From Zygnema circumcarinatum SAG 698-1b (lineage: Eukaryota; Plantae; Zygnematophyceae), in assembly GCA_037447605.1 (NCBI GenBank), contig CM074814.1, forward strand, positions 1,798,001 to 1,862,000: DNA of 64,000 nucleotides, read 5' to 3'. Of the stretch, positions 19,380-34,055 are shown piece after piece. A program made the translations under genes and the position numbers. Within the stretch, counting starts at the first letter, position 1. The number at the start of each line of letters is the position of its first letter. The notes beneath the pieces were generated by a model. That model was not told the origin of the DNA, searched no databases, and worked only from the letters and a program-made list of their open reading frames with translations.

Positions 19380-22300
19380 ATGGAGGCTTGCAGGAGCATT
19401 GCAGGAAGGATGAGGTGCTTGACAGCTGTGGCGTTGTTGCTGGTCCTCTGTTGGGGCACCTCTGTGTCTGGTGTATCCACAGCAAAGAAGGTGACGGTGC
19501 AACTGCGTGCCAAATGGAAGGGCACGCCACTCCTGCTTGAAACAGGGTATGGTCTCACGCTGTGCTTCATTATGTGTCGCAATTTCAAGCAGAGGCATTT
19601 AGCTGCAATTTGGAATAGACTTCGAAACTGTGAGAATAGGAGATCCAGATGGTTGAATATTGAATGCAGTAATTCTTATTGAGGAGAGTGCGACTGGGCC
19701 AGCAGCATTAGTTAATGGGGTGTAACAACTTGTCTTGATTTTTTCTTCCTCCTATCACTTCATGTAGCAATGGCTAGATACAAACGAGAGATTGTTGGAA
19801 GTAGGGATGCTCAGGGAAAGGGTGTGTTCATGGGTTGTAACTTGAAAAAAGGCTCTCAGATAGAAATCAACTTTTTTCTTCCCCCTGGATTTAAATATGC
19901 ACGGGTGAATGGAATTTGGGATTAAGAATGACTTCATAGCGGCCTTGTTGTCCACCACACAGACTATTCCGTTTCATTGTTAACTTGAAGCATTTTATAC
20001 TTAACACCTACCGAGAGCAAAGGAGCGTGTTTGCCATTAGCATGGGTACGTGGGTTGGATAGGGAGGATAGCTTATAGGTCTCGTTGTAGTCATGACCAC
20101 ATAAAAGGGCTTGGAATGTACATTTTTATATCTAGGAGGATGTTTTTACGCCAGTTGGCAACATTTCAAAATGATGCTCAGATGATGATCTGTCATGAGA
20201 ATTGAAGGAATTCAAGTAGCTCAATGTTAACGGATCCCTGGTAAACATCACAGGTATTGTAGTTGAAGGTTGACGTACGTAATCCTCATGTATGCTTTTT
20301 TAGATCTACGTGTTCATCACTTTTAGAATACAGCATGACGGTAGCCAAGAACTGTGCTTCTGAAACGGCATGGGCCCACTTTGCTATCCTGGATGAACTT
20401 TTATTCATAAACTTGAATGCAGACTGGCAAACTGCATGATCAACGTTGGGACCAATCTACAATTGCTCGTAGTCTCGTTTTGCCTTTTTTGGCTGAACCA
20501 GCTAAGGGATGTGTCCTAGCTAGTTGTGAGCTGCCGATGAAAGAAAATGTTTTGATAATGCTTGTCTTTTGTGCTCCTTTGGATGAACTAAAGAAGGGAT
20601 AAAACATTTGACTCCTCTGCTCCTGCAAGTTCTCACAAAACTCATGTCAAGCTCAGTAGCTTCGATATCTGTGTACTTGGACTGAAGTAGATGCCCTTTG
20701 GCTTGGCAGACGTGTACGGAGAGAGTTGTCGTAGGTGTTAGTCAGACGCATGATGGGTGGCCTTTAACTGCAACTCTCACTGTAGGAGCATATTTATCTC
20801 TAAGTGTATTAAGCAATTCAACCTGCCAGAATGGCTCCTTGAAGCTGAATGCTGCTCCTATCCTCACCATTCATGCATTGGTTAGTGAACTTCCTAGCGT
20901 TGAGCCCAGGATTCCCACTTTTTGGCAGACGTAAACCATTCTGAGCCAAGTTTGGCCCAAGTTTTACGATTAGATGGAGAGATTCCGATCTCACAATTTT
21001 GGGAGGACCATTAAGTTTTTCCTTTGGTCTATTTTCTTACCGTGCCCATCAACATTCTGGCAGAGTGCATAGACAATCTCAAAAACGAATTGGGGGTCTT
21101 CTGTTCTGTCTCGACAGGGAGCTCCTTGCGCAAGAAGACAACGATTTTTTTTGGCGTTTCATCGATAAATGGGAGTCGTCCAGTAGTACCAATGATGGTA
21201 ACAGCACAGACAGAGAGTGTGTGACACAAATGTTGGCCATTGGGAGTGCTCTTATGGGTGAAGACTTGTCCCCTCTCCTTGAACTCTCCCTAACCATGCG
21301 ATCTGCCTCGCCGAAGGTTGTTCTGTATCGCCAACTGGCAAGAGATTCCCTCTCAGAAGGGGGCTTATTGAAGGCTTTGAATGAAAGCGGAGAGTCGGCA
21401 GACTCTGTCCGATGGGAGATAAATACCAATCCGGTGGCACCGAACGGGCACTGCTGCTGGCTGGACATTGGAGGGAAGGTTCTGCTCGGGGAGGAGGAGG
21501 TGAAACAGTGGCTGGAAGCTATCAAAAAAGGGTGCGTTGCAGGCTCTGCTCTTCCTATGAAGCTCCACTTGCAAGTTTCGAAGGGGCACCTGCAAACAGC
21601 TGTATTGACACACTTTAACAGGATAGGCTGTTTTGCGTGTATGTCCAGCGTCTCAATGTGATCTTGTATTTGAATAATTGAAACCAATTCAAGGTAAGTA
21701 AGTGTTGATACATCAAATTTTGCGTTATCCTACTCATTTGGTACCTTGTAACCATACCATTGTCTAGATTTTCATTTCTGTACTCGTCACAGGCAAACAG
21801 ACAGGCACAGGAGACCCTTGAAGAAACAGCAAACACCAACCAAACCCATCATGATAACGGCCTTCTCTTGCTTCTCCCCTTAACATTTATCCTACGTTGC
21901 ATAATCCTCCTACTCCTCCACCTTACAGAGATCTGCCCTGCTATGATTTGACCTGTGGTTACCAGGGCTCCTGAAGGCGAGGGCGCCCGTCTTGAGCCGT
22001 TCGACCACCTCCACCCTTCCTCTCCCCCCGGGGGGCGGCCCGCTCTCCTCTATGGGGCCCCGGGCACAAGCTGCTTCCGCGAACTGCATGCGCTGCTGGT
22101 GGAGGGTGCGCGGGAGGTGGGTGGATGGGGGGGCATACATGCATGCATGCATGCATGTATGTTGGCATGTTGGCATGTGGGCATGTGGGCATGTGGGCAT
22201 GTGGGCATGTGGGCATGTGGGCATGGGCCGCATGACATGAAGGCTGCATGGGAGGGCTCCGCATGCATCAAAAGGAATGAGCTACCCGCCAATGCACAGC

Positions 22301-25300
22301 GCTTATGCTTCTTGGGACGGTGTGGGCGGGCTGCGTTGGCTCGTGGGTCGACTGTGTGGTTATGTCTGTGAGTTGTTGTTTGTTCGGGAAGGCTGCGGAG
22401 AGAGTCTTGGAGGAATAGGGAAGGGGGCTTGCGTTGCATGTTTTGGTAATTGAAAGGTGGCGTATGTCTTGTGTGGAGATGAAATGCGAGTTCTTCAATC
22501 TCCCTTTTCCCTTCTCTTTGTCACTCTCTTCTTCTCTTTCCTTTCCCCCTCTAGTCGCCTATCGAGTCTCTCCTGTCTCCTCTCTGTCTCTCCTTTTTCC
22601 TCCCTCTCCTTCCTCTGCTCTTTCCTCTAACTTCCTCTTTCCTCTGAGAGGCTTAAGCAAAACTTGCAGAGTCTTCAACCACCCACTCTGCCTCCGTCCC
22701 CCTGTTGCCCATCATTCCCCTTCCTGCAGAAGCTGGTAAAATATGCTTTTCGGCCGGTCCTTTCCGATGGCTGCGAGAAGGAGGCGGAGCCATGCGCCGT
22801 TGTGGGGTTCGGGGGAGGCATTCAGCTTGCAGGCTATGGAGTGGAAATGGCTCTGAAGAACATGGAGTACAAGGCCATAGATGATAGCGAGGTGAAGAAA
22901 GGTGAGCGAGGTTATTGAAAGCTCTTTCTTGTTCCTTTGGTGTAGAGATAGAATGTAGGGAACTGCGAGAAAGTAGCCTATGAAAAGTGGAAGTGGATGT
23001 TGTGCAGACCAGTAGCTTTATATGGCCAAGTTTGTTGCATGCAGAGGCGGCTATGGACGACACGAAGGAGGATCTGACTCAAGATGTGAAAGGTTTCATT
23101 TTCTCAACTCTTTTGGTGAGTAAAGTGAAGCGAAGCAGATTAGGAGGAATTGGTCACAAACAATCAATGTTTTGTGCGCAGATCTGTGCATTCGGTGTAC
23201 GATCATACGTACCTGCAGGCCTTGCTGCCTTGCTCTTTTGACCACCAAATTTTGCTCTATTTTTCTCTCACCATAGAAGAGATTACCTGCTACTTTATCA
23301 TCTATATCCTTGACTAACCTGAATTTCTTGCATGCAGGAGGGGCGGCCCGAACTGACTGGCGATCTCCTCACTCTGCGGGACAACCTGCTTGCCTCCGCA
23401 CAGGACACAGTGAGGGATTCCTACAGCGTGTGGGAGCTCAAGGGTATGCCCAACAACAACAATAATAATACTGAAAAGAGTAATAATAGCTCACAAAGAT
23501 GTCAAAGTCTTTTTGCGAAATTCAAGAAACAGATAGGCAAAAGCGAGGTATTCTGGTTGTAGTTCCTGAAATAGAAACGTTTGCAGGCTCGCTTGTTGAA
23601 GGAAATGAAGGAGATGCTGTTTGGGGTTTTGCGGTTGGGCGGTGCAGATTTAGGCGTGCAGGCCTCGCAGCGCATCGCGCAGGGTTCAGAGCCGCTCCGC
23701 CTCCTGCGGGAGATCAGCCACAACTTCCCCAACCTTGTCACGTCACTCTCGCGAGTCAAGGTGCGTCTCTCTGCCATGCATTCGTTCGCATGCTTTATCT
23801 CGCCATGTCTCCAGGCAAATGTATGGCATGTGCACATGTAGAACGCGCATCTGCGTGCATCTGCTGCCAAGGAGGGAGCAGAAGCAGGGAAGGGCTATAT
23901 GTATCATCCTTTGATGGGCAATGTGGCCGATGGCTAGCAATATCATGAGTTGTATCCACCGGAATGTCTTTTGCTTTTTCTTACTTTCCTATTGGGTGGC
24001 TGCCACCTCCGTCTGTAAGCAATCCCAAAAAAGAAAGAAAAAGTGTCACAATCAACATATCGCGACAGGCCGGGCCGTACAGGCCACATGTCATCTTTTG
24101 GCAATGTAAAGTAAATTAGAGAACACAAGAAAGTATTCTCTACGTATTGGCCCTGATGATTTGCCTATATATTGAGTACTGTTATGGTGGTATTGGACGG
24201 GTTGCAGGTGGACGAGAGATTCTTGGAGGAGTTGCAGGCATCGCAGAAAATGGTGCCGGCAGGTCGCACAGTTCTGACCATCAATGGGCTTGTGCTCAAC
24301 CTCGACAGAATCGACATTTTCTCGTATGTTCTGCCCTTGGTCAGTCCTTACTATTTTGAAACAGAAAAGTCATGTTTGCCAGCAAGCTGGTTCAAATGAG
24401 TGTGGCGAGTAAGCTTGAAAGTTTACTTACAGAATATTCTAAGTGGAGGAAGTCAAGTTTATCGCATGGCTTAGTTCGTTAGTCTGTTTGCTGAGACTGA
24501 AAGGCATGAATTTCTCCATTCTCGAATGCATAACTGACCAAAGGTTTGGACGGTGGTCGATGGGCTCGAGTTAGGCTGCTCAAAATCGTCAAAGTGGAGT
24601 TGGAGTTGGCAGTGAAGCTGAAGAAACTTCAGGTAACGAAGTCTGTCTCAAAACTTCCTATCATATACACAACTAAAGATTACATTAAGACACATACAAC
24701 CTTTAAATATGTCCTCTTAATGGCTCCCTTACCCCCCTTCCGCTATGCATGTGTGGGCAGTTTCCAGCAGCAGCCATTCGTGAGCTCGCCAAAGTGCATC
24801 CCCAAGATTCCGATAACCAGCTCCGACTCGATTTCCGCTCCGAACAAGTTCAATACTTGAACAATATTGAGACTGACCCGCAGTACAGGGGTTGGCGGTC
24901 CAACCTTAATGAGGTCAGCAACTGTACGGAATCGTGAGAGCTGAGCTCAGCTTTGTTGGTTGGATATGGGGAAGAAGTTTCTGAGACATGTGGAATTGGG
25001 TTGGGTTCGTTTGGACCTTCTTCGCAGTTGCTCATGCCGATGTACCCCGGGCAGATGCGGGCTGTACGGAAGAACCTTTTCCATGCTGTTTATATCATAA
25101 ATCCAATCTCTGAGATTGGCATTAAGGTAGGGCCCTTATAGGGACTCCAACGAAAGCTGGAAATGTGAATTTCACCCACCACCAGGTGCAGAATGTCTTA
25201 TTCAACTATGTGTAACAGGTCAGAACTTTTGTTAGCTTCCACTACTCGAAACAGGCGACCGAAGCAGTACTGTCAATGAATATCAATTAAAGGAAGCCTG

Positions 25301-28300
25301 CTATGTGTACCCAACCTTGCAACACCTTGATGTATAGAACCAAACCTTCATCATGATAGCAATGCTTGTCGTTTTAGGCACATCTTTCGGTACATTGTAG
25401 AGCGAGAAGATGTTTGTGTTGTGCAGTTTGTCTAGTCAACGATGTAAAAACATATTCCAAGTTACGCTATCTGGTGAGGAAAGGAGCGCAGGCATTGGAG
25501 GAGGTAAATTATTACTACCAGAATCAGGTCCCTATCCGGTTCGGATTCCTTTTGGTCAGCCCCGGGTTGGTCGACGAGCTGACTTACCGAGCCGACTATG
25601 TGGAGCCGGTAGCTTGGCAGGAGGGCGATCTTGCAGACTTGGTGGGTGCTTAAAACGATGCTCATCTTCATAGTTGGCTACTTGACAACCTTACGAATGG
25701 TTTTGTTTCAAAACTCACTGAGCTATTTGGGTTTTTGGACACTCTGTAAGGCCATTTATGTGGCCTTTTTATGCCCGTGAGAGTTGGGTCTCCCTATAAA
25801 AGGTGTCTGTCTTCATGGTTTCAGATGTGTGAGATCAGATCAAGCTGAGAGTGGTTTTTTGTTGTGGTTTAACGCTATCACACACTTTCAATATGAGGTG
25901 ATTGCAGGCCATACGGATCTTCTATCACATCAAACGAACCGCAGACATTCGGTTGGCCTTTAGTTTTCTCTTTTCGGTGAGTTTCTTCATTGCAGGTATT
26001 AGTGGAGGATTGCAGCTCTTGCTAAGTCCAAGCGACTACTTATACTATCATGTAGAGGTGTTTTGTTTATAACATGAAAATTCAGCGGAAACAAGTGACG
26101 AGAAGTTGCCATATTGCTCCTTCCTTCGTTCAGTTGGCACAGGATGACGACCCATTTGCCGGCATGTTTGGAGGGTTTGCCTTTGAAGAGCCGAAAGAGA
26201 GGAAACCCATAACCGAACAAACTCTTGAAGATGCTTACTCGGATGCCATGAGGTAAGCACTGCTCTTGTTCAGCGCTCATTTCTTGTTGCAATAGTCTTG
26301 GCACTCTATCCTTCTTACTCCTCGATTCCTATGGTTCTGAAAGTCCATACTTCCGTATACGCTTGTTTTCTTTCCAATGACCGTTCCATTGGGTTTTGCC
26401 CGTGCGAACTTCAGAGAATCATCTGCTCACTTGTCTGCATGGAACACAGAACCACTCCTTTTAAACTCCTTTTACATCGATTCTGATCTCTCCCTCTCTC
26501 CTTCTTTCGAGGTTAGGAATCGAGGGCTTTCAGCAGACCTTGAAGTTTTGGAGTCCCTAAAAACGGCTCATTCTCCGGAAGCAGCCGAAGTTTTAGCCAG
26601 TGCCCGCCGAGCTGTACAGATGGGATTGGCCGACTCCCATCCCTGCATGCTGTTTAACGGACAGTTTTACGGCACGGATGCGGTAATCCCTGTTCCACAT
26701 TCACTCCATTTTGCATGCAGGAGAGTTCACACAGATATTGAGAGAATCAGGACAAGTTGATCTCCGGTTGGTGGGGGGGGGGTTTTACTTTGACGTGAAT
26801 GACTGGTTCTTCATATGTTTTTGTTTAAAGCATATGTGTGAGGTGGCAGGTAGTGGGCGGTGCCATGGAAGCCATGAACCGAGAGATGCACGAGGTACAG
26901 CGAGCCGTATACTTCCAAGTGATCACGCAAAGGACGGATGTTTTGGACCACTTTCTCAGCCAAGGGAGCGTCAAGCGCTACAATCCCCAAGTGAGATTCA
27001 TTTAAAAACTGACAAACACAGACTACTTACCACGGGCCATCAAACTACAGACATAGCCAAAGAAGGGAACCTTGCCACTTCGTCAACTTTCGGTTTATGT
27101 TAGCGAGTATTGGAGTATTGAAGAATGGCTATGATGTGCTGTTGGGGCTGCACAGGTTTTGGGCATGGACGGTCACGAACTTCAGTATGTCGGCCTTGCA
27201 GGCGTGCTTTTGGAGAAAGGGGAAGTGATGGCGGGCCTGCAATACCTGCACCATCCTGGAAGTAAGGCATGCCCCATCGCCTGCACGTGCGTGGAATACC
27301 ATAGCAAATGTTGGAAGCAGAATCTTATGCCCATTAACTTGTCGGCTAGGCTAAGCTGAGCTAGGCTGCCTTCGGAAGCTTAGGAGAGAGTCACTTGCAT
27401 TGTCTATTCTTGGGTTTTTTGCCAATTTAACAGCTTTCAACCAGTGCTAGAGGGCTGACTGGGGTTGGTTGGTTGGTTGTAACTTCCTGACGGAGGGTTT
27501 CGCCATTGGTGGGTGCAGCCGAGGATCGTGCCAAGGCCTTCTCCCATTGGCTGGCCCTCGACTCGAGCGCTCCTAAAGGCGGATCGCTGCTCGTGCAGGC
27601 ACTGCAGCATGTGGTGGGCATGCGGACATGCCACATGAGATAACACATGACATGATGGACATGAGATGATGGGACCCATGTGGGGGATGTGTGTCTGGCA
27701 TGTGGGCGGTTAAGGCATGGGATGGTGTTGCCTCACAACCAACCATACTTAAGTGCATTGCCGCTGAATTTAAAGAATGGTAGGGGAGGTCCTGAATTAT
27801 CATACATTTCGTTTAGTCGATGCTAGTGATTGAGGAACGCAAATTCGACTTAAGGCCATGAGCTAGTTATACTTGCATTTAAGCAGATTACCTTTGTCAG
27901 TGAGCCCGGTCATGTAGAAGGCGGGAAAGGGCGAAAGCCCTTTCCCTTTCATGCGTCACAGCATGTCAGCTTAAGCTCATATCTACCTCTGTTTTTTCCA
28001 GGCCCTGAGTGCTATTTGAAGTCCTTTCTTTATTAGAAGGGAGAGCGATGAAGGATGAGGAGTAGTCTCATGGAGCAGTGGTAGTCTGACTCTCTCCCGG
28101 TCACACTATGCAGGTTTCTGAAGAGGGCAAAAATGCGAGGTTGGCAGTACTGCACAACGCCCCCCCACCTGCAGAATGCGACTCTCTCACAGGCCTCCTG
28201 CTTATCCCACGAGTGGTGCTCGCTTTGCTCAACGTTCAGAGGTAATGCGGAGGTCCATCTTTGTGCTGCCTTTGTCAGTCTAATCTTCGCAACCCATCTT

Positions 28301-31300
28301 ATATTCTGCTTCAACTAGATTCATGCTAGTTGTATTGTGTCGATGTGGGGTCTGATGAATGTTTTCTTTATGGTTTCTGAGCAGCCGGCGGTCCAAAGTC
28401 GTTCCTGTTCTCCTCCGCTTTCTCGCCTCTCCCCAAGCCTTAGAAGCAGCCAATGAGTGCTTGGAAGAAACCAACGCTGCTGCAGCGGTGGCCGCTCTGT
28501 TAGAGTTGGCGGAGGAGGGAGGGCTCAGAACAGAGGGGATGAGAGAGACTCTCTCTGAACCTACACAAGTGAAGGCAGCGCTGGAGAGGCTCGAAAAAGT
28601 GAGCTTTTGTTGGGCTCATGAAGGAAGTAAGGCAGGTTTGGAAGCTTTCTGTTTCGATGATGAAGCAATATTTGTTGACAGTCTTAGTTGGAGTTGCAGG
28701 AGGCGGAGTTTGCAAGCACTGATTTGGGCCTTGAGGCCGGGACGGATACTATAGTCAGCAATGGAAGGGTGAGGTTTCTAAGCTTTCAATGGACACGAAA
28801 ACTAGTGCATGGTATGGGATTGATGCAGGTGTTTTAGCAACATTTGTAATGGCGGGCCTAGATTTGACCTTCCTGACATATTTTCCTATAGAACAGTCTC
28901 TGAATTCGGTGATTTCTATTGTGCTCTTTCAATGCTGACTGCATTTGGTTTCTTGCTAATTTGAGGTCAAACCATGGAGGCCCACATTCTGCTCTGTGAA
29001 TCGTGCTGAAAGTAGACCATGGAGTGGGACGTGCAGGTGCTCATTCCCGGGAGTAGTTTTGCGGTGGACGACTTCCTTTTGTTGGAAAACTTCGAGCAGA
29101 AAAAAAGTGAGCCTGTGGCAGCCATCGTGGAAGCCATCGATTGGCAAACAGCTGCATCACTCGATGCTGACGATATCTCCAGGTCAGACTCGTTTTTTTG
29201 AACCCTTGCAGTCGCATTTCTGCCTCAAAGGAAATCGAAAATACCTCTTCAACCACTGACCATTTACAAGTGTTGTTACTTTAGGGGTGGAATGCCTATT
29301 CGCGTATCCAACTTAACCCCAAACTGCTAAAAGCCATGAAGCGCACTTTTCTGCTCTACCACTGCAGTGAATTTCTGAGCACTGTCACAATGGCAGCTTC
29401 TTCCGAAGTCTGGGCTCGTGAACGGAGTGGAGAATACGCAAATTTGGACCAAGTGCTGAAGAACGTACGGAGCAGGTGAGCTGTCAGCGGCTGCACTTTC
29501 CTGACATCAATAGCATGCTAATCATTGAACATAACATGGAGGTGATCAAATGTGCAAACTAGCTCATAGACCTGCCCCTCCTTCTCGGCTCAAATGTCTC
29601 ATTTTGTCGTGTTTCGCCGTTGCTCTTTCCCAGTGGCATTGTTCGCGAGGAGAGCGATGCGCTGCTGTCTGTGGAGGGGTTCATGGACCCTCTCAGCGAC
29701 AAAGCGCAGATTCTCGCCCCTTTGTTGATGCTTCTGCAGGAGTGGTTCAAACCAACACTTAGAATCGCCATGAATCCACAGGTAGGACTGCTTGGGCCTT
29801 TCCTCTGAAGGTAATAAAGGTACCGGCATGAAGTTGTGATTTGGGTATTTCTTCGGCCAGTTGGGTTTTTGAGGTAAATGGGTAACTCATAGGATTGTTC
29901 CATGTTTGTTGGATTGCTTGTGGGTGTACTTGTTGCAGCGTTCTCTGGCAGATGTGCCTCTGAAGAGCTTCTATTCATACGCACACCCTCTCAAGGTGGG
30001 TCTTTATCCAAGCATCGCTGACAGGAGGGAAAAAAGTCTTACCTGATGAGGATGAGCCTTTCTGATTGTTCCTGTGGCAAGGATGGGGAGCCCTTTGGGC
30101 CTGGTGGTTAGATGATGTATGTGTTTGGGATTCCTAGGGTGAACTGGGTCAAGGGAGGGAGAGATGAGCAGGAGGGAGGGAGGTCGAGTTAGGTCGCAAA
30201 AGAGGTGCTTCCACTCCAGCTTACCTCTACCTCCCTCCCGCTTGCTCATCTCTCCGTTCAGTCCACTTGCTAATGGCTCCTCTCCAGCATCTCCCTCTCC
30301 CTCCCTGCCTCTCCCCTTCCTTTCCCGTCCGCGGCTCACTTCCTCCTCCCAGCCTCCCTTCACCCCTCCACCTCCTCTCTCTTTTCCTGCAGCTCATCTT
30401 GTCCTCCCTTCTTGCAGCTCGTTTTCCCCTCCCTCCTTTCCTCCCTCCTTCCCTCCGTCCAATTCTTTGCTTCATCCTCCCTCGCTGCTGCTCTCTTCCT
30501 CCTCGCTCCCTCCCTCCCTTCAAGTTTCATCCAATAGAGTAGTTCATGGCATACTATGCCCGTGAGGAGGCCAAAATGTGTTCAATTCCTGAACCTGAAA
30601 GTAGTTCGCTTTGCGTTCTGCTGACAGGATGATTTTACAGAGAGTGGCGCATTGGGTTCCGGAGCAGCAGCGGTGTTTACAAATCTCCCCAAATCCCGCA
30701 CTCTCACAATGAACCTCAAAGAGCCCGAGCCCTGGTTGGTCGAGCCCACTCTCGCTGTGTGAGAAGCCTTACCACCCCTCTCCCTCACTATGCTCACTTC
30801 TCCTACCTTCCGCTCTGCTGCTCTGCTTCTTATGCACTCACTCTATGCTCAAGAAGAAGTGTGATGCCAAGTATGGTTGTGTCAAAATCATTGCGTGAAG
30901 GTTTGCTAAGGCAGGAGGGATGTCTGGGAGCAGATATGATCTAGACAACTTGGTCTTGGACAAAATTCCGGAACGGAATATCATGGCCATTTTTGAGCTG
31001 GAAGCGCTTATGATCACTGGTTAGTCTTTCATCCTTTTCAGCCATTCCCCTTCACGCCCTACCTTTACCCTAAGCTCGAGATATTCGCAAACGCACTTCT
31101 GAGCTGAGCTGAAACTTTAGAACCCTTTATCTCCAGTCCAATGACTTCGGTCCGTCTGGTAACCTCTCCACTTCTTCTCCTCTTCAGGTCACTGCTATGA
31201 AGGGAGAGAACCCCCTCGAGGTCTGCAGCTTGTTCTGGGAACGAGGCAGAGACCCCATCTTGTGGACACCATAGTTATGTCAAACCTCGGCTACTTTCAG

Positions 31301-34055
31301 CTCAAAGCTTCGCCTGCCTTTTGGACTCTGCAGCTTGCACCGGGTCGGAGCAGCGAGCTCTATACTCTGGAGGGGGAGAGGGAAGGAGAGGGAGAAGGAG
31401 AGGGGGAAGGGGAGGGGGGACCCACCAGCATGGCAGTGGCAGTTAGCGATTTGCAGGGACAGCTTGTGCGAATGACGGTGGTAAAGAGGCGGGGCAGGGA
31501 GGAGGAGAGTCTGTTGGAAGCCGAGGAGAGACCTGCAGAGGACATAGACAACCCTAAAAAGGTGACTGTTCCACAGCAAAAGCTTTGTTTTCCTATAGAC
31601 TGCATCGGTGGGTCGCTTCTTCCAGTGAACAAAGACGCCTTTCCTCCATGAGCTTGCTGAGGATGGTGGAATTCATTGGCAGAGACATCTGTTCACATGG
31701 ATATAACTGCTTGAACCTGTGTGGTGTGACGTCTGCAGCCTGCGAGGGTGGGGGAGCAGAAAAGTAAGTCGGTGTGGGGCTCCCTCCTGCACACGATTAA
31801 GGGAGGAGGTGAGCCGCAGGGTGGGCGGACGGACAGTCAAAAAGAAGCCGCAGGAGGGCAGCAGGTGGGTAGGGTTTGGGGTAATTTGGGAGAATGTCAG
31901 ACTGCTGGATGGGTTGGTCGTTCAAAGAGAACTTTTCTGTACCACACATTTTTCTGCTAAGCAGGTGCAAGGGGTGTCAGAATGAAAGGCACATTCTGTG
32001 CTCCATTACTGACTACTTTCCTGCTGATGATTGCAGCAGTTGAGGGGGAGTTGAGCTACTGAATGTCTTGTCTTGTCTTTGAATGTGCTTCTCAGGATGG
32101 GCGGCAAGAAGCAGACGTGTTGAATGGAGGCCGGCAAGGGGAGACCATCAATATATTCTCAATTGCGAGTGGACATCTGTGAGTGAAGCCATCCTCTCCT
32201 TTCGGAGTATGCTGTACTTTACCACCGTACTTTTCATAAGATGCTCATCTCTGAGCAAAACCAGATTGTGTTCCTATTGGGAATGACTTGGAATACCGAC
32301 CGAGGTGCTTGGCTCGTTTCGCGTGTTGTTCCAGGTATGAGCGTTTCACCAAAATCATGATTTTGTCGGTGCTGAAGAACACCCGTCGGCCAGTCAAATT
32401 TTGGTTTATCAAGAACTACCTTTCTCCTCGATTCAAAGATGTCATACCGGTGATGGCGAAGCACTATGGCTTTGAAGCAGAGCTGGTAACTTACAAATGG
32501 CCTTCTTGGCTTCACAAGCAGACGGAAAAGCAGCGCCTTATCTGGGCCTACAAGATTCTGTTTCTTGATGTGCTTTTCCCTCTGTCCACAAAGAAGGTCA
32601 TTTTCGTCGATGCCGATCAGATTGTTCGGGCAGACATGGGCGAACTTTACGACATGGACCTCCATGGACGCCCTCTCGCTTACACTCCCATGTGCGACAA
32701 CAATATGGAGATGGAGGGCTATCGATTCTGGAAGCAGGTGGGCTGTGCAGGTAGCTGCAAGGGCAGGTAGAGAGGCAGGACAGCTCCTTTCAGTGTTTAA
32801 TGAGATGCACTTGAACTCTGAACTTTGGACATGTTTGAAAGTGTCTACCTCAGTGTTTGGAGGCAGCCACACAACATTTCAAGTGGCTTTAGAATATGGC
32901 AACTGAAGAATGCTTTGGTACGTGACCTGCAGGGCTTCTGGAGAGACCATCTCAATGGCAAACCGTATCATATCAGGTAAGTTTTGGGCCCTGTAGATCA
33001 TAACGCTCAAGCTGAAGCTGAATTCCATGAGCTGAGGCGATAGGAGGGATGCAGGGTGGGATAATTCTTGCTTTGTTCTTTGCTTAGGTTCACCTTCACC
33101 ACTAAAGGACTCGTGGTCAAGGGTCTCATCTTCATCCACTGTGGTGCCTCTTAAACCGCTTTCAAGAGATCTGACGCTTGTGATTGCCGATTGTTAGTCT
33201 AAAGCAATCAGCATTGAGGTGTGTCATTGAAAACTCCGTCAGCTAGGCAGCAGAGCCATTTGAATGAGTCAAGGAGCAATGGGTATGGCCGGCACAGTGC
33301 CCTTTACGTGGTCGACCTTGTAAAGTTTCGGCAATCGGCGGCCGGCGATCAGCTGCGGGTGTTCTATGAGAGTCTAAGTCGCGACCCCAATTCTCTGGCG
33401 AACCTCGACCAGGACCTCCCCAACTACGCGCAGCACATGGTGCCCATCTTCTCGCTGCCGCAGCATTGGCTATGGTGTGAGTCATGGTGCGGGAATGCGA
33501 CCAAACCGTCGGCCAAAACTATCGACCTCTGCAACAACCCAATGACTAAGGAGCCAAAACTGGAGGTGGGTCTCATCCTGGACAAGCAGAAGAAGGAAAC
33601 TCGGAAGCTGTCAAGGTCAATGCTATCCTCATGAACATGATGTATCATGATCTCTCTAAGTCTAGAAAGGGAGGCTCGTGCTTCAGATGTCATGTCTGAG
33701 ATCATGGAGAAATGTGCCGTGCCATATTCGAGTCATTCTGATCACAGATCTGTTTCCCTTCAAGCGTGGGCGATACACTGAAAATGCAATTGTTGCTTTC
33801 TTTGTTTTGCAGGGCGCTCGGCGGATTGTAGCAGAGTGGCCGGCCCTGGATGAAGAGCAGAGGCAGTTCACAGAGCGAGTCGAGTCAGGGGAACTCGAAT
33901 TGGGGGGCCTCCGCAATGTTCCTTTGGAGGCGCACTCCGAGGAGGGCGAAGGCGAGATTGAGGCGAGGGAAGAAGAGGAATTGCGATGGGTGGAGGTGGC
34001 GGAAGGTGAGGACGAGAGGGTTGGCGAAAGAGACGATGGGAAGGACGAGCTATGA
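19380..34055 (+). CDS. UGGT: UDP-glucose:glycoprotein glucosyltransferase, multi-exon
   Basis: Signal peptide, then [21 protein letters not shown]. The GT24 domain has [11 protein letters not shown]|[12 protein letters not shown]...[10 protein letters not shown]...VDADQIVR...[11 protein letters not shown]...WLWCESWC...DLCNNP. C-terminal KDEL. Confidence 0.97.
22137..22232. repeat. Intronic tandem repeat (gcat)n grading into (gtgggcat)n
   Basis: Directly visible; a degenerate relative lies at about 27600-27720. Confidence 0.9.
25745..25882 (+). mobile_element. Probable 138-bp solo LTR in a UGGT intron
   Basis: Ends TGT...ACA, flanks cactc / cactt (5-bp TSD with one mismatch), internal ctataaaagg TATA-like box. 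Confidence 0.45.

Noticed and set aside
27895-27950. Hammerhead ribozyme (ga-gccc...gggc-gaaa)
   Set aside because: The required CUGANGA core is absent (tcagtga) and there is no stem III or cleavage triplet.
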